DNA from: Diplonema japonicum
Taxonomy: Eukaryota > Protista > Euglenozoa: Diplonemea
Length of the DNA stretch: 64,000 nucleotides
Direction: 5' to 3'
Assembly (NCBI GenBank): GCA_964019335.1
Contig: OZ025699.1
Coordinates: forward strand, 310,001-374,000
In this document: positions 1 through 12,246 of the stretch, piece by piece
How the letters are laid out: the number at the start of each line of letters is the position of its first letter
Position numbering within the stretch: position 1 is the first letter of the stretch
Notes under the pieces: generated by a model
Told to the model about the DNA's origin: nothing
The model's input: only the letters and a program-made list of their open reading frames with translations
The model's database searches: none
Translations under genes and position numbers: made by a program

Positions 1-184
1 CAAAATCTCATTATTTAACTAGTTAAATAATGGCGATTTCGCGTTAAATAATGGCCATTTCGCGTTAAATAATGAGGCCCCTAGTGAGTGAAGAAAATGA
101 CGAAGAGTGAAATAAAAAAAAAAAAAAAAAAAAAAAAAAGATGTCTTTGAAGGGAACCTGCAGTATGTTACAGGATCGCCTAAA

Positions 185-230
<46 letters not shown>

Positions 231-280
231 TTATGTGTTCCTTTCGCCCACCACGCTGGCAAAACTTCAGAAGACAACGG

Positions 281-312
<32 letters not shown>

Positions 313-1193
313 AATAGAAGGTTTCCAGTGAAAACCAGTGATTTGATTAGGCATCACTTGGTCCACCCCCCTCCCCTCCCCTTCCAATTGTCTTCTTACG
401 TTACCATTGTGCTGCTTATAATGGCATCTGTGAGAGGGCAAAGGAACACAGTTTCCTCGATTTTGTTTAAGGGGATGAAAAAAGAGGAGTTTTTTTTTTG
501 TGTTTTTTCTTCGTTCGGTGATACCACCCTATTTTCAAAAGCCCGGACTCTTCTTTGTTGAAAAACTATAGTAACGCTTCACTAAATGTTTTGATTAACC
601 AAAAAGGTACTGTTTTTGACCATGGAAGAGCTCGGCCTCTTGTCAGTCCGTAATTGCTAGCCGCTATCGGCTGTTTTGTAGGGGGAAAAAAAGAAGAAAA
701 AAAGTGTCTTTTAACATGCTTTTAAAAAAAAAAAAAGAGGGAAAAAAAAAAAAGAGGAAAAAAAAGAAAAACTAGTCTGGCGCTTCATTTGAATAGTTTC
801 AGTGCAGGGGAGCGCCTACTGAAGAGAAAAAAAAAAAAAAAGAAAGAAGAAAAAAGAATTTTTTTTTCTACAATATTATATATAAGAGAAACAGGGGGCC
901 ATTTTTCTTTTGGTGGCGCCCTGCACAAGCACTGTACTTAATTACAGATTAAAAATGGAGAAGCAAAAAAAAAAAGAAAAAAAATCTTTTTGGCGATGAA
1001 CAATGGTCATGTATGTGGCACTCATGGAACCAGCGGAGAGAGCAGGGAAAAAAAAGAAAAAAAAGGGGGGAGTGAGCATAGCAATGAACAAGAGGGATTC
1101 TGTAAGAATAATAATAAAAAAAAAACCCCTCTTATGGACATACGTAAGCTTCGTTCGGTCGGACCTCTTGGGGGAACGGTTTTTTCTTTTTTC

Positions 1194-1365
1194 GGGGACC
1201 AATGTTTCCGACCTCCCAGTGGTGGTTCCTGGTAATTGTGGTTTGGGGGAAAGATATAAGCGAAAGGGAGATTTTTATTGTCAATCCGTACACGTGGGGA
1301 AGCCTGGACGGGGGTGGAGAGCCCACCCTACGCGTGGCGCCAGTTAGCATCGCCCTCAACGGAGA
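1194..1365 (+). ncRNA. HDV-like self-cleaving ribozyme (second family)
   Basis: P1 GGGGACC (1194-1200) pairs with GGTTCCT (1224-1230), with a G1-U wobble. P3 ACC/GGT encloses L3 TCCCAGT; GG (P1.1) at 1231-1232. P2 TTTCC(G) can pair after GCGAA (1260-1264) or after TCAA-CGGAGA (~1356-1365). A T-tract lies upstream. Confidence 0.65.
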
Positions 1366-1923
1366 GACCCTTATCTCATTACATCGAACAAAGAGGTGGT
1401 TTCACTAGGTCTAACAAGTAGCCTCACTGGCCTTGTGCCAGTTAAGCAAGCCACCCACAACTCTCCAGTTGGTGTTTAATCTCCCTGTTTCAAAACTCTT
1501 TCTTTACCTCTCCACTTTTACTTTCTACGGGACCACAGGGGGGAATGAAGTTTAAAACACAAGGATGGCCGCTGTGTCACATAGAGACTACCTTTCTTTT
1601 TTATAAAAAAAACTTTTCGTTCTTCTTCTTTTCGATGACTTCACACAAACTCGGGGGGAAGGGGGGGCGGCTACCCTTGTCGGCGTACGTGCACGCTGTA
1701 AAATCTGGGCACAAAAAATGCAAACATTTTTACACTCGATTCAAGTTTCTATCAGCAGGACATTCTTCGTCTCTCTCCGTCATCGAGGTCATCGGGGATA
1801 TTGCCTTAAATCTATCCTGAAGACTTTTCAAAATGAACGCCGCACGAGCTTAACGCGTACGCAGCAAATCTAAAAAAAAAAAAGTGCGCACAGCGTACGG
1901 TGAAGTATCGGCATGAAGAGGAA

Positions 1924-3413
1924 ACTAAAGGGGGGGCCTGAATAATTCCCTCCCAAATAATGTGTTTTTTCCCAAATAATTCTTTTTTTTTTTGGGGATT
2001 TTTCCACTCCAAATTTCCCAAATAATTCCCAACCCCCTTTCTTTTTTTTTTTTGGGGACCAGGGTGGGGGGGGTCACATGGTAGTCATGCAATGGGCTTT
2101 TCTCAGTTATGCCTGTGCAGGGTACTAGCCTACCTAACCCATTATGACACCCCTTTTTTGACCAAAAAGTCGATTTTCACCTGGTTTTGGGCACTTATGA
2201 GCAATTCCTTTGCATTTTGAACAGGGACCACAGGGTTTGGCACCTGGGTTATTGTGGGGGACTATTTTTCTTAATGCAAGAAGCTAGCTGGTTTGTGATG
2301 AACGGTTCAAAATTTCACAGAACCACTTAGTTCAAAGGCGCTTGTGGGTGGCCTGGGTGCTTCTGCATTGCCAGAAGGACATGTGCATTCATGTGTTGAC
2401 AACTTATCCTGTATTTGCTTTGTTTCATGGCCCACAATGTCAATATTCCATTCCTGAGCAAGATCCCAAAGTTGTGTCGTAGCCCACTGGCAGTATTGTG
2501 AGGCTGCTTACACAAGTAAGAGTGCTGGCCCAGTGAGCCATAGAAGATGAGAAATATATTATAGTGTGACATGATCAGACTGGAACGGCCACCCTGGGGC
2601 ATCCTCTGCTCAACCCAGCAGACGTGGGAGGCCCTTCTTCAGAAGGTGCCAGTTGCTTGATCAGTGCCATCATGCACGCTATATTTTATTAGTACAAATA
2701 TAACAATCGATTGAAAAGGAAAAGTCTGTATTGTGAGGCTGCTTCTCACCATTTTGAGGGGTTAAGGGGGGCTGTGGCATGCCCCAAGCAGCCGAGGTGG
2801 GACGTTGATGACTGCAGCAGAGTGCCGAGTCAACGTGGCACTGTGGATAGGGCAAGCACATGAGAAAGGTCATGCAACTGCTCAACACCTTTAGCTATAT
2901 GCAATCTCACGGCTACCTTCCAGGTAGTTCTGAGGAGGCCATACAGCTAAGGGCACTTAGCAAAGTTTAGACAGTGCAGCACAGAATGTTGTTGCAGGTG
3001 TTACAATGGACACTACACCTGATGAGACTCCAGCAGCCTCCCAAGCCCTTGCAGCTTCTCAAGCCCTGACAGTTTCTCAAGCCTCTCAGACCCCAGCAAC
3101 CTCCCAGCAACCACCTAATGCCAAAACCAGGCAGTTTGTCTGCAACGTTTGTGGGTTCTCCACAGCCTGGGAGAAAAACTGTTAAAATTTCCCTTGGAAA
3201 AAAAAAGGGCATGAAAAAAGTCTTGGCACGATTTGGCATGTTAAGATTTCCAAAGTGCTCTAAGCCCTGCTCCCTGCTTTCCATGTGGCAGGCCCCCCAG
3301 CCCAAATAAATACAACCCAAATAAGTCTATTCCAAATAATTCTTTTTTTTTGGAGCCCTAACACCCCCCCTCCACTGCCCAAATAAAGGGATTATTCAGG
3401 GGGCCCCTTTAGT
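1924..3413. mobile_element. decayed DNA transposon with ~27-bp imperfect terminal inverted repeats
   Basis: ACTAAAGGGGGGGCCTGAATAATTCCCT at the left end versus AGGGATTATTCAGGGGGCCCCTTTAGT at the right; CpG-poor interior with no intact ORF. Confidence 0.6.
2510..2727 (+). mobile_element. 5'-truncated retroposed copy of the 3' end of the 55054-58100 element, with a 17-bp target-site duplication
   Basis: Aligns with the reverse complement of ~55054-55300; flanked by GTATTGTGAGGCTGCTT at 2493-2509 and 2728-2744. Confidence 0.75.
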
Positions 3414-3709
3414 CTTCTTTTTTTTTTTCTTTTTTATATTTCTTTTTTTTTCTTTGGGGGAAACACCAAAGTAACTTTCAGAGAATCATGACAATAAAAG
3501 ACTATCGCCAAGGAAAACCGATCTTCTTGCACTAAAGAAGAGTAAAATGGCTTTGGGGGGGGGGGGGGAGGGGAAAAATCTTCAAAAGGGAGGGGGGGGG
3601 GGGGGGGGGGGATATGGTTCAAAAAGGGGAAGACACAGTACGGCACATGCACAGAAACCTCAAAAAAAAAGTTCCCCCTAGTTTCGCACGGGTGGGTCCA
3701 TTGTTATTT

Positions 3710-3758
<49 letters not shown>

Positions 3759-3854
3759 AGTTTGGCGCTTCCTTGCACGAGCAGGTAGACCCCATCCACC
3801 TGTCTACCCCTCAAGCAATGGTCGCCAATGATCGCGGGTACTATCGCAGGAGGG

Positions 3855-3890
<36 letters not shown>

Positions 3891-4387
3891 AATAATAATA
3901 ATAACGCTCCGGGTCCCCTAAGTGAACTAGCCGATGTGCGACATATGGAAGTTAAAAATAAAGAAATATAGGGGGGGGGCTTGTTTAAACCCTCTTTGCA
4001 GGCTTTGCTTTAAAAGAATGGACACACCCCCAAGCCGATGTCCTCTGGCCTTAACCACTCCTTAGATCGAGAACATATACTCTAACTGTTACCCAGTTTT
4101 TTTTTTCGTTTTACAGTATTCTTCCTCTTTTCTTTTTTTTTTTTCTTTTTTTTCTTTTTTTTTTTTTTTTGCAAGAACGAGGTCTTTTACTTGTCTAGTT
4201 CATATACTTCTCCAGGTACTTTCTACCCCGGAAGGTACATTCAACGACGACAAGCTCCCCCTCTATAAACTGTCAATTGCCATGGCGCCCGAAACGGGTA
4301 ATAAAAAAAAGAAAAAAAAAAGATCTTCACGATGAACGGTACCTGAACAAAAAAAGAACTATGCTCATATCTCTCTACCAGCCAGTA

Positions 4388-4438
<51 letters not shown>

Positions 4439-4936
4439 GAGATCTATGGAATGGAGGGGATTTCCTTTTTTTTTTTTTTTTGCTGTCGTTGGTTTCTCCT
4501 ATCGTTGTAAGAACGATGGTGAATAAAGGCTCATTTCTCTCACCCTCCCCCCCGGGATTGTTTTTGTGCACCGACGAGCCGCAAATAGATTAAGAGCCCC
4601 AGCCTTCTTTGCCAAAAGAAGAAGCTTAATCGTTGGAGGGGAGGGGTGAGGGGTGAGGAGTGAGAGAAGCTTCAATCTCATCTTTTTTTTTTCTCCTCAT
4701 TTCGTTTTTCTTCTTTTTTTCATACCCCCCCCGTATCTTCAAAAAACACACACATCACAAAAAAAGAGTCGGTGCACAGCCGGTGGGTTAACCTGTAGAA
4801 GGATAAGTTATCCCCACCACATGAGAAAAAAAAACAATAGGGGGGGGGGGGGGGGGAAGCCTGGGAAATGGTCTTTGTTTCTTTTTTTCTTCTTAATTTT
4901 CTTTTTTTTTTTTGAATTCTGTAAACCCCTCCCCCC

Positions 4937-4937
<1 letters not shown>

Positions 4938-5009
<72 letters not shown>
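4938..5009. repeat. (CA)n microsatellite immediately after the stop codon of the esterase-like gene
   Basis: Direct reading. Confidence 0.95.
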
Positions 5010-5012
<3 letters not shown>

Positions 5013-7751
5013 CTAATGCCCGTCCCGAGTTAGCAAACTATCAAACGCATTCATCAAGATAATCCAAAGATTCGCCCCATAATAGTCATAGCACAAATGA
5101 CCATTTTTCGTTTGGATCGCCATGTCAGTGACCGTCTTTGATCCAGGCGTCCCGGGGTAAAAAGTACTGGCACCGCACATGTAATGAGTTCCATCAGTGG
5201 CCGGGAAGTATTGCAACATCGAGTACCTGGTCATAGATAAGGTGTGCGCGTTTGGCTGATTGATGAGCTTGGTAAGCTTCTCAAGCTTAGCGACTCTTGT
5301 CTCGTCGGGGGGGTTCTCCAAAAACCGGAAACGAACCTTCACTGTTCCTGGGAGGAATACGTATGTGAAATTTTTCGGGTGGTCTGCGGCAAATCGCATA
5401 GCACCCTTCATGTAAGAGTTGATAAAGTTGCTCGGCTGCCCGTCCTGCCACCACACCCCGACGGAACCGATATGAAAATCTACAACCCCACGGGTGGTGA
5501 AGGACTTTGTCTTGAAACTTGTTGGAAGCGGGTCCCAGATAAACTGCACCTCAAAGATCTGATTTTCAACAAGGTACACCCCTTTCTTTGGAATCTTGTT
5601 GACCAAAAAAACATCTTCCTTTTCACCCATTGCGTAGTAGAACTTGATGTGGCCCTTGTACTCGAAGCTGTGGTCCCAGTACCCATCCCGCGCAATGTGA
5701 ACAAACTTCTTGAACATTTGCCTGGTGAGGGAATCTCCTGAAAACAGTAGCTTCTTCCCCCGGAAAACCCGCATGAGATCGGCCCGGCTGTATTCTAACA
5801 AATTGCATGACTCTGAGATGACTTGTTGTCCTTTCTCCGTTTTTCTGTACGAGAAGACACCGTTATCCTTTCTTGTGATGGCTTCCAGATCTTTCTTGAT
5901 CCCGCTAAACGTGCATCGAGGGAGTTTTGTTGCGGGTGTGCAGTCTTGTACAGTTGAGTCGATGAATTTTCCTTTTCCCGGTGCGAAGCATCGGCCTGGG
6001 TTTTTACAGTATTTTCTGAAAACTAAAGGACCGTTTTCGCTGCAGCCGGACTTGGGTACTATTGTTTGGGGTGCGGCGCAGGATTGAAACACGAACGTTT
6101 CTGTTTTCTTCGTCACACACAGCTTTTCCTTGATGTGGTTGGGGCCATTCAGGTTATCAAGCACGTTGAACAACAATTTCCACCAGTTTGTGTTGAAGTA
6201 ATCGCGACATCTTTTCCCGGATTTCTTCGGGTTCGTCTGCTTCCTGTTGCACATGTATAGTCTAGGTGACAGAGGATCAAAGTACCGGAGCTTGGAGTAT
6301 GCCGCCATTGACAGCGAGATGGTGTTGGACAGTTGTAGCTTCTCTGCGAGTTGTTCCATCGACGCCTGGGCCACCTGTGAGGAGCTCTGGGACTTCTTCA
6401 AGGATCCCGGGATGAACACGTACTGGAAATCGGGCCGCGATTTTGCGTATTCTACCGCCCCGTCCATGTACGTGTTGAACATCTCAACATTGTAGCTGTT
6501 CTCCCAGCTCATGACAGCGATGTGAACGTCAACCTCACCCCTCGAGGCGGATAGCACGGAATATGTTGTAGGGTTTGACACAAAACTGAATTCAATTTCA
6601 ATGAGTTCATTGAGAACAGGGTGCTCGCCTCTCTTCGGCTTTCCTTGGAGCAGAACATCGTGTGATGTGTTGGAAGCGAAGTAAAGACCGCCTGTCCCAC
6701 CGAAGTCAAGGTTTGTTTCCCACTGAGTTCCGCGGAGCAAGTGGGTTAGTTTGATGAACATCTGTCGTGCTATGGAGTTCCCCGTTATTAAAATCCGCTT
6801 CCCCTCCCACAACTTGAATATCTCACCCCTTCCGTACTGTTTCAGCGAGCAAATCGAGCTCTTCACGTTCCAACCGACGGGCGTTCTGTGCCTCACGAAG
6901 TCACCGTTGTCGTGATATGTCACCTTATCAAGCATCTGCTCAATGTCGAGGCGAGAACATTGAGGAAGCGAGCTCTTGGGAGGATCGGGTTCACGCTCTG
7001 CTTCGGTGTACCTCCCTGTTTTGTACGCGAAACAATTGTCCTCTCGCAAGCAAAAGGGTGCGATTATCGGGTTCGGGGTCTCGAGGCGGCACTCTAGTTC
7101 AGATAGAACGGTACTTTGAGAAAAACAGTCGTTCGCCTCCCAGATCCACTTACACTCCTTGCAAAGCGGAATTGTAACATTAAGAACGGGCAACGGCGGA
7201 GGTGTAGGCCCACTTGGCGGGCTTGGTGTCGGAACTGGAGTAGGTGCCAATGTAGACTCTGTTGGTTCCGGTGTCGGCATGACAGAAAGCTCGTCAATGT
7301 ACTCGATTGTAACATCTGCCCCAGGTAGAATTCGGAGCGTTAGCCGCCTTGGGCCCTGCGCCTTAAGCGTGTGAACCCCAGTCATGAGCACAACTTGACT
7401 TGTCTCATTTGGTACTTCAGAAAGCGATTTATAGGGTCGTACTATACTACCATCACCTGTATCGTTTCCTCTTAATGGGTCTACGTAAATCTCGTTTGGG
7501 CGAGATGGGGTGGATGTAGGTGGTGATAACGTGGAGGATGCGGTGGGCGAAGGTGTAGAGGGGGGGGGGGGTGCGGTGTGGATTCCAGAGTCGTGTGTGT
7601 CTTTCCTCATCCAGATTCTGTTGATGCAGAATAATGTCAGCAGCACGCTTCCCACAATGAGCACCCTTATCATCATCTTTTCGGAGCCGGTGTACAGCCT
7701 ACTCGTCCCTTCTTCCTCCTCGTCGGGGGTGCTTCTTTGACCACGAGACAT
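5013..7751 (-). CDS. type II membrane protein with two SGNH/PC-esterase (TBL/Cas1p-like O-acyltransferase) domains
   Basis: Long ORF, probable start MSRGQ at 7751 after an A-rich leader. N-terminal TM, Pro/Thr stalks and an IYVDP..GND.GDGS..PYKSL motif (DUF1565-like). Domain 1 has GNSIARQMF and no DxxH; domain 2 has GDSLTRQMF...DGTH. Confidence 0.8.
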   Translation of the reverse strand: MSRGQRSTPDEEEEGTSRLYTGSEKMMIRVLIVGSVLLTLFCINRIWMRKDTHDSGIHTAPPPPSTPSPTASSTLSPPTSTPSRPNEIYVDPLRGNDTGDGSIVRPYKSLSEVPNETSQVVLMTGVHTLKAQGPRRLTLRILPGADVTIEYIDELSVMPTPEPTESTLAPTPVPTPSPPSGPTPPPLPVLNVTIPLCKECKWIWEANDCFSQSTVLSELECRLETPNPIIAPFCLREDNCFAYKTGRYTEAEREPDPPKSSLPQCSRLDIEQMLDKVTYHDNGDFVRHRTPVGWNVKSSICSLKQYGRGEIFKLWEGKRILITGNSIARQMFIKLTHLLRGTQWETNLDFGGTGGLYFASNTSHDVLLQGKPKRGEHPVLNELIEIEFSFVSNPTTYSVLSASRGEVDVHIAVMSWENSYNVEMFNTYMDGAVEYAKSRPDFQYVFIPGSLKKSQSSSQVAQASMEQLAEKLQLSNTISLSMAAYSKLRYFDPLSPRLYMCNRKQTNPKKSGKRCRDYFNTNWWKLLFNVLDNLNGPNHIKEKLCVTKKTETFVFQSCAAPQTIVPKSGCSENGPLVFRKYCKNPGRCFAPGKGKFIDSTVQDCTPATKLPRCTFSGIKKDLEAITRKDNGVFSYRKTEKGQQVISESCNLLEYSRADLMRVFRGKKLLFSGDSLTRQMFKKFVHIARDGYWDHSFEYKGHIKFYYAMGEKEDVFLVNKIPKKGVYLVENQIFEVQFIWDPLPTSFKTKSFTTRGVVDFHIGSVGVWWQDGQPSNFINSYMKGAMRFAADHPKNFTYVFLPGTVKVRFRFLENPPDETRVAKLEKLTKLINQPNAHTLSMTRYSMLQYFPATDGTHYMCGASTFYPGTPGSKTVTDMAIQTKNGHLCYDYYGANLWIILMNAFDSLLTRDGH

Positions 7752-8523
7752 TTTTTTTGTTTCTTTTTTTTTTTTTTTTTTTTTAATACCCTGACAGAAT
7801 AGAAATAATGGAAAGCTTTTTGTTGTTGTAAAATAATGCTCGCAGCCGTCTTGCCATTCTTGCATTCTTGTCATGCAAGTTCACCCAGAAGTTGATATTA
7901 GCACTGTGACGAAGCAGCATCAGGGCCGCACTCCATAACTTGTTCTTTTCGCTCACCACCACCTTTACAACATCCGTGTCGGCCAATGGGCTAGGTTCGG
8001 CTTCGCAGCTATCTTATCAGTGGCGCCCCCAGGGTTACTTTTTTTCGATTTGCATCAGCACCTCCTATCTTTTTTTTTTTTTAACGCTGTAATTTTTTTT
8101 CCGTTCCTTGTACTTCTGCCACGGCGGGAGACAGACATTTTTTTTTCCCTTCCGGATTTCTTTTTTTTGTTAGAATCTGATGATGAAAACATTTGAGTGC
8201 AAAATAAAAGTGGAACAAAAAAAAAAGAAGCGAAAATAATTGCTTTTTCAGAAACCTGCGCAAGGAGCAATAATCATTAAGAATGGTTAAGAATGCATGC
8301 TACTTCCTCAAAGAATAAGAAAACATGCAGCGAAAGGTAGGTTCTGGGGACAATAAACGATCAAAAAAAAAAAAAAGAAATTTTAAAAAAAGAAAGGAAC
8401 AAAAGTATGATAAAAAAAAGAAGTCAGTTTTTAGCAGTTATCTTTTTTTCTTTGTGCTAAATACTAAGGAAAACAAAAAAAAAGATGTCTTTGAAGCGAT
8501 CCTGCAGTATGTGACAGGATCGC

Positions 8524-8558
<35 letters not shown>

Positions 8559-9270
8559 AGAAAGGTAAAAAAAAGGATTTTCTTTGAAGCAAGAAGAAAC
8601 ATATAATATGAAAAAAAAAAAAAAAAGAAAAGGAGCAAGACAAAAAAAAAAAGAAGATAAGAGATAAGGAGGCCAGTGTTGGTGGCGCCTTGAAAAAGAT
8701 GAAGAAGGGTGGGGGAAAAAAAAAGGTGATGTTTAAGGGCAAATCCCACTTGAGGACTCACCCTTAAAAAAAAAAAAGCATAAAGAGGAGGGAAAGAGAA
8801 ATACCCTCTGCCAAGCGCTTATAGGTTAAGAAGAGAAGGCAGCAGATGAGTACTAGAAAAATAATTCAAAAAAAAAGGGAGAGGAAAATAGCCAAGGAGA
8901 GTAAGCAAACTATCTATGAAGAAATCACGAATTTGTTTACCGTTCTGCAATCAAAGCTTCTTTTCCAACCCCCTATTGTCTTCTTCTTTTTCTTAAGTCC
9001 CCATATCCCATTCCCCTGGCACTTCTTTTTCTTTTCAATTCACTTCTTTTCTTTGAATGCAATATGGCTTTTTTCTTTTTTTTAAAAGAAAAGTGATATT
9101 CTTTGGGCCGAGTAAGGATTTACTTGTTCTGCAAGTTACCTTTGCTTCCCGACCTCACTCGAGCGTAAGAAAAAAAAAAAAAAATATAATTAAATATGAG
9201 TTAAAGGAAGTCTTTGTGAAACGCTCCTTTGAAAAAAAAGGGGGGTAAAAAAAATGAAAGATTATTGTTC

Positions 9271-10173
9271 TTACTGCATTTCTTCAACCTTGTTGATGGT
9301 GTGCGTGTCCTTCCAGTTCGAGTGCGAAGAAATAGGAAGGTAGTTGACACCGAAAGGCCCAGTGGTGCTCCTCCACAGGAGTGCCCAAGCCATCAGATCA
9401 TTGGCGTCCGACATAGGCGGGACGTTAATAACCCCACCCTGCACCGGTTTCCAGAGCGACTTCCACAAGCAGCACCTGCGCTCAACACCAGTAGTCATCG
9501 AACCCACAACGGGGGGGAGTTCAGTTCCAGGGTGGTTCGGAGCAGGCCCTCTGACGATACTGGTGGTTGCTTGGGAAGGGCAGAAGGCGGGGAAGGTGAA
9601 GCAGCAGCAGGACTTCACACCAAAGGAGGGAATGCAGTACCTGCACCCCTTCTTCCCAAGGGTGTGCGGCATACTGTAGATACCTAGCATGTTGTCACCT
9701 GTCTGGAAGTTGGCGGAGAAGTGGTCCATTGTACCACCGGCAGTGCCGAAGTACCAAAACTGGCAGCACGACACATATGCTGGCATGATGGTGTACTCCG
9801 AGGCACAGCAGCAAGCCAGTGTCGGTGCACCTGGTCGGGCACTAGCGGTACCAAGCATCCCGTCTCCTTGGAAGGTTTCCCCTCCGCTGAAAAGCTGAGT
9901 GTACACCTTACCCGTCGCAGCCCCCGTGACTGTCTGCCTCGAGGCACAGTGGCAGGGGCTCAGCAGCGAGTACATGAAGTCAGAGCAGTTCTTCTCGATG
10001 GTGATCTCTGGAGGGGAGTTCCACTCCCGCGACACAGTGGTCCTGTAGCTGCAAGGCTGGATGATGCACGGCCAGAAGCAGGTCGGCTCACCCTTTATGT
10101 AGTACTTGGTACCGTTCATTTGATGGGCGTACGTAGGCATCTCGGTGTTCAGGGGAACGTGCATGTTCGTCAT
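9271..10173 (-). CDS. Cys-rich phospholipid-scramblase-like protein, copy 1 (300 aa)
   Basis: Start inferred from paralogues; Cys clusters and a C-terminal INVPPMSDANDLMAWALL segment resembling scramblase/tubby-like folds; family call tentative. Confidence 0.7.
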   Translation of the reverse strand: MTNMHVPLNTEMPTYAHQMNGTKYYIKGEPTCFWPCIIQPCSYRTTVSREWNSPPEITIEKNCSDFMYSLLSPCHCASRQTVTGAATGKVYTQLFSGGETFQGDGMLGTASARPGAPTLACCCASEYTIMPAYVSCCQFWYFGTAGGTMDHFSANFQTGDNMLGIYSMPHTLGKKGCRYCIPSFGVKSCCCFTFPAFCPSQATTSIVRGPAPNHPGTELPPVVGSMTTGVERRCCLWKSLWKPVQGGVINVPPMSDANDLMAWALLWRSTTGPFGVNYLPISSHSNWKDTHTINKVEEMQ

Positions 10174-10685
10174 TTTTTCTTTTTTTTTTTTTAACGGGAA
10201 GAAAGAAAAAAAAAGGTTTAATCTGCAGAGATGGGGGTGAGAGGGGAGTAATTTAATGAGAAATAAAAGAAAAAGGACAAAACTACCCAAGTCTAAATGT
10301 TTCCCCCCCATGTTCACCCCAGGGAAAGCCAATGGTCAAACATGCGGAAAAGCATTAAGTTAATGTTTGAAACAAAAGAAAAAGAAAAAGGGTAGAATAT
10401 TTTTTTAAACAAAAGTATGATGAAAAAAAAGGAAGGACCATTTAAAATGCGACCAAAAGAAAGTAAGGTTTTTAGCATTTGTTTGTGCACAAGGTGCACA
10501 TTCTCCCTTATTCTTTTCACCCATACAGAAAAAAAAAAAAAAAATCAGATAAAAAAAGAAATATAAAAGATAAAGGCCGGTGTTGTGGTGCCCCCGGGCG
10601 GCAAACAAAGAAAAGGAAAAAAGTCGGAGCAAGACGGGAAAAAAAAAAGAAAAAGAAAAAAAAGAAAAGAAAAAAAAAAAATGAA

Positions 10686-11790
10686 ATACTAAAACGAAAA
10701 ACTCTCGTACGGAAAAATGTTTCGAGTTTTTTTTGGCGTCCGGGAATTTCTTTTGTAAGGTCATCAGGGGCCTGGTCCACTACCACCTACATACTGGCCT
10801 GGGCTGCAAACGGCAACCGCGCGAAGAAAACCCCACAGAACCACTGGGTTCCCTTTCTGCATCTTCGTCCCCCCTTGCCCTGAGGCAATTAGCTTCGTGT
10901 GGCCCACTATATATAACGTTTCCTAATAGATTGCCATCGGTTGAACCATGTAGGTGAGCCCAGGGGGACAAAAGCAATGTGCACGTTTGTGCCTTCGAAC
11001 AACTCTACAACCCATAGGCATAGGTCGTATGAGAGTTGTAGTCGCCGACAAGCAGCAGAATCGGGTATAGCAAAAAGGAAGAAACAGCTCCGTGACCCAG
11101 ATACCGAGTGTATCATAATTAGCCCAATGATTGGTTAGGCACCATTCGGTGGGCGGGTGCTTGACCGGGGCACGGATAATCCCTGCCGGGTTGCGTTCCC
11201 GCGTTGCCTTTGTATTTAAGTTGCGGATGCAACTCATCCAGCCAAGGAAACAGCCAGCTGTTCGGGTATAGCCCGGGTTTGTCCCCCAAGCCACGGACTT
11301 TTACGGCCTTAGCACCCCTTTTCGTTTGTATGGGTGTCGATTATGGACCTGAATTCTAGGCGTGTCACACCAGGTGCCGTTGTCCTTCTCGTTCGGAGCA
11401 AGTGGAAAAGGACCAAAGTCTACCAGGTCTGTCTTTCGGGCTGGATTGGCGCACAACAGCCCTTCTACATTTGTTGTGCTGGCTGCCTCTGCCTCGGTCG
11501 AAGAGGTTTGCGACAGACGGTAAAGGGAGCAGCAACAGGTCCAACAGAGCTCCAGTTTCTTCCAGACGGAAGCACTGGACGTTGCTATTCCACCCTCCTC
11601 CGTAGGATACCACACCCTGGCCGCCGCGACGCCGTGATAGCAGCGTATCGCCTAATACGGGGTTTAGCATCCTTCGGGGGCTGGAGCCCGGTGTAAGGAG
11701 TTTCACATGGTGGGAGCTGCTACCCCCCCCCCCCCCCCCCCCGTTAAGTTAAAAAACTTTTCAGAAAAACTCCCGGACGGAAAAATGTCC

Positions 11791-11821
<31 letters not shown>

Positions 11822-11851
11822 GGTGTCCGGGAGTTTTCCGTCCGATATTAT
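10686..11851 (-). mobile_element. degenerate pogo/Tigger-like (DDE_1) transposase relic with quasi-palindromic end repeats
   Basis: Frameshifted fragments NHWANYDTLGIWVTELFLPF and VHIAFVP/PGLTYMVQPM resemble DDE_1 motifs; related AAAACTCCCGGAC...GTCCGGGAGTTTT repeats at both ends. Confidence 0.55.
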
Positions 11852-11960
11852 TTTTACAGTAAATGAGAGAGGGAAATAAGATAAGAGAAAAGGAGGCCAG
11901 TGTTGGTGGCGCCCTGAAGGTAAGAAGGGTGGGGGGGGGGGGGGGAAAGAATTAAAAAAA

Positions 11961-12246
11961 ATGGGGCTTTGGTTGCAACACTGTTGACTGTTGTTACCCT
12001 TCTGCGTCGCTGCATTTTTATCGGCAGATGGGGTGGGGATTCTTCGGTTAGGTTCAGGGTAGGTCGGCGCGAACTTGTTATTCCAGCCGTCTCTCCCCGG
12101 TGAACCAGTTGAGTCGCTGTTCGAGGACGAAGCGCACCCTGCCGTATGATGCGAATGTAGGTCTGCAGGAATACCCTCCTCGGATCCGTTTGTTTGCTCC
12201 AATGGATCGGTTCCCGGGGATAGGAGGATCGTGCTTTCTTTTCGGC
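11961..12246 (-). mobile_element. 3' fragment of a non-LTR element (family F) sharing its terminus with one ribozyme-SINE tail
   Basis: Sense end ...GTGTTGCAACCAAAGCCCCATTTTTTT; flanked by A-tracts on the + strand. Confidence 0.55.

Noticed and set aside
22-75. 21-bp tandem repeat as a CRISPR array
   Set aside because: No spacers, only ~2.5 units, eukaryotic context
19-5010. Many short ORFs rich in poly-F/poly-K/CV
   Set aside because: Translations of homopolymer and microsatellite tracts
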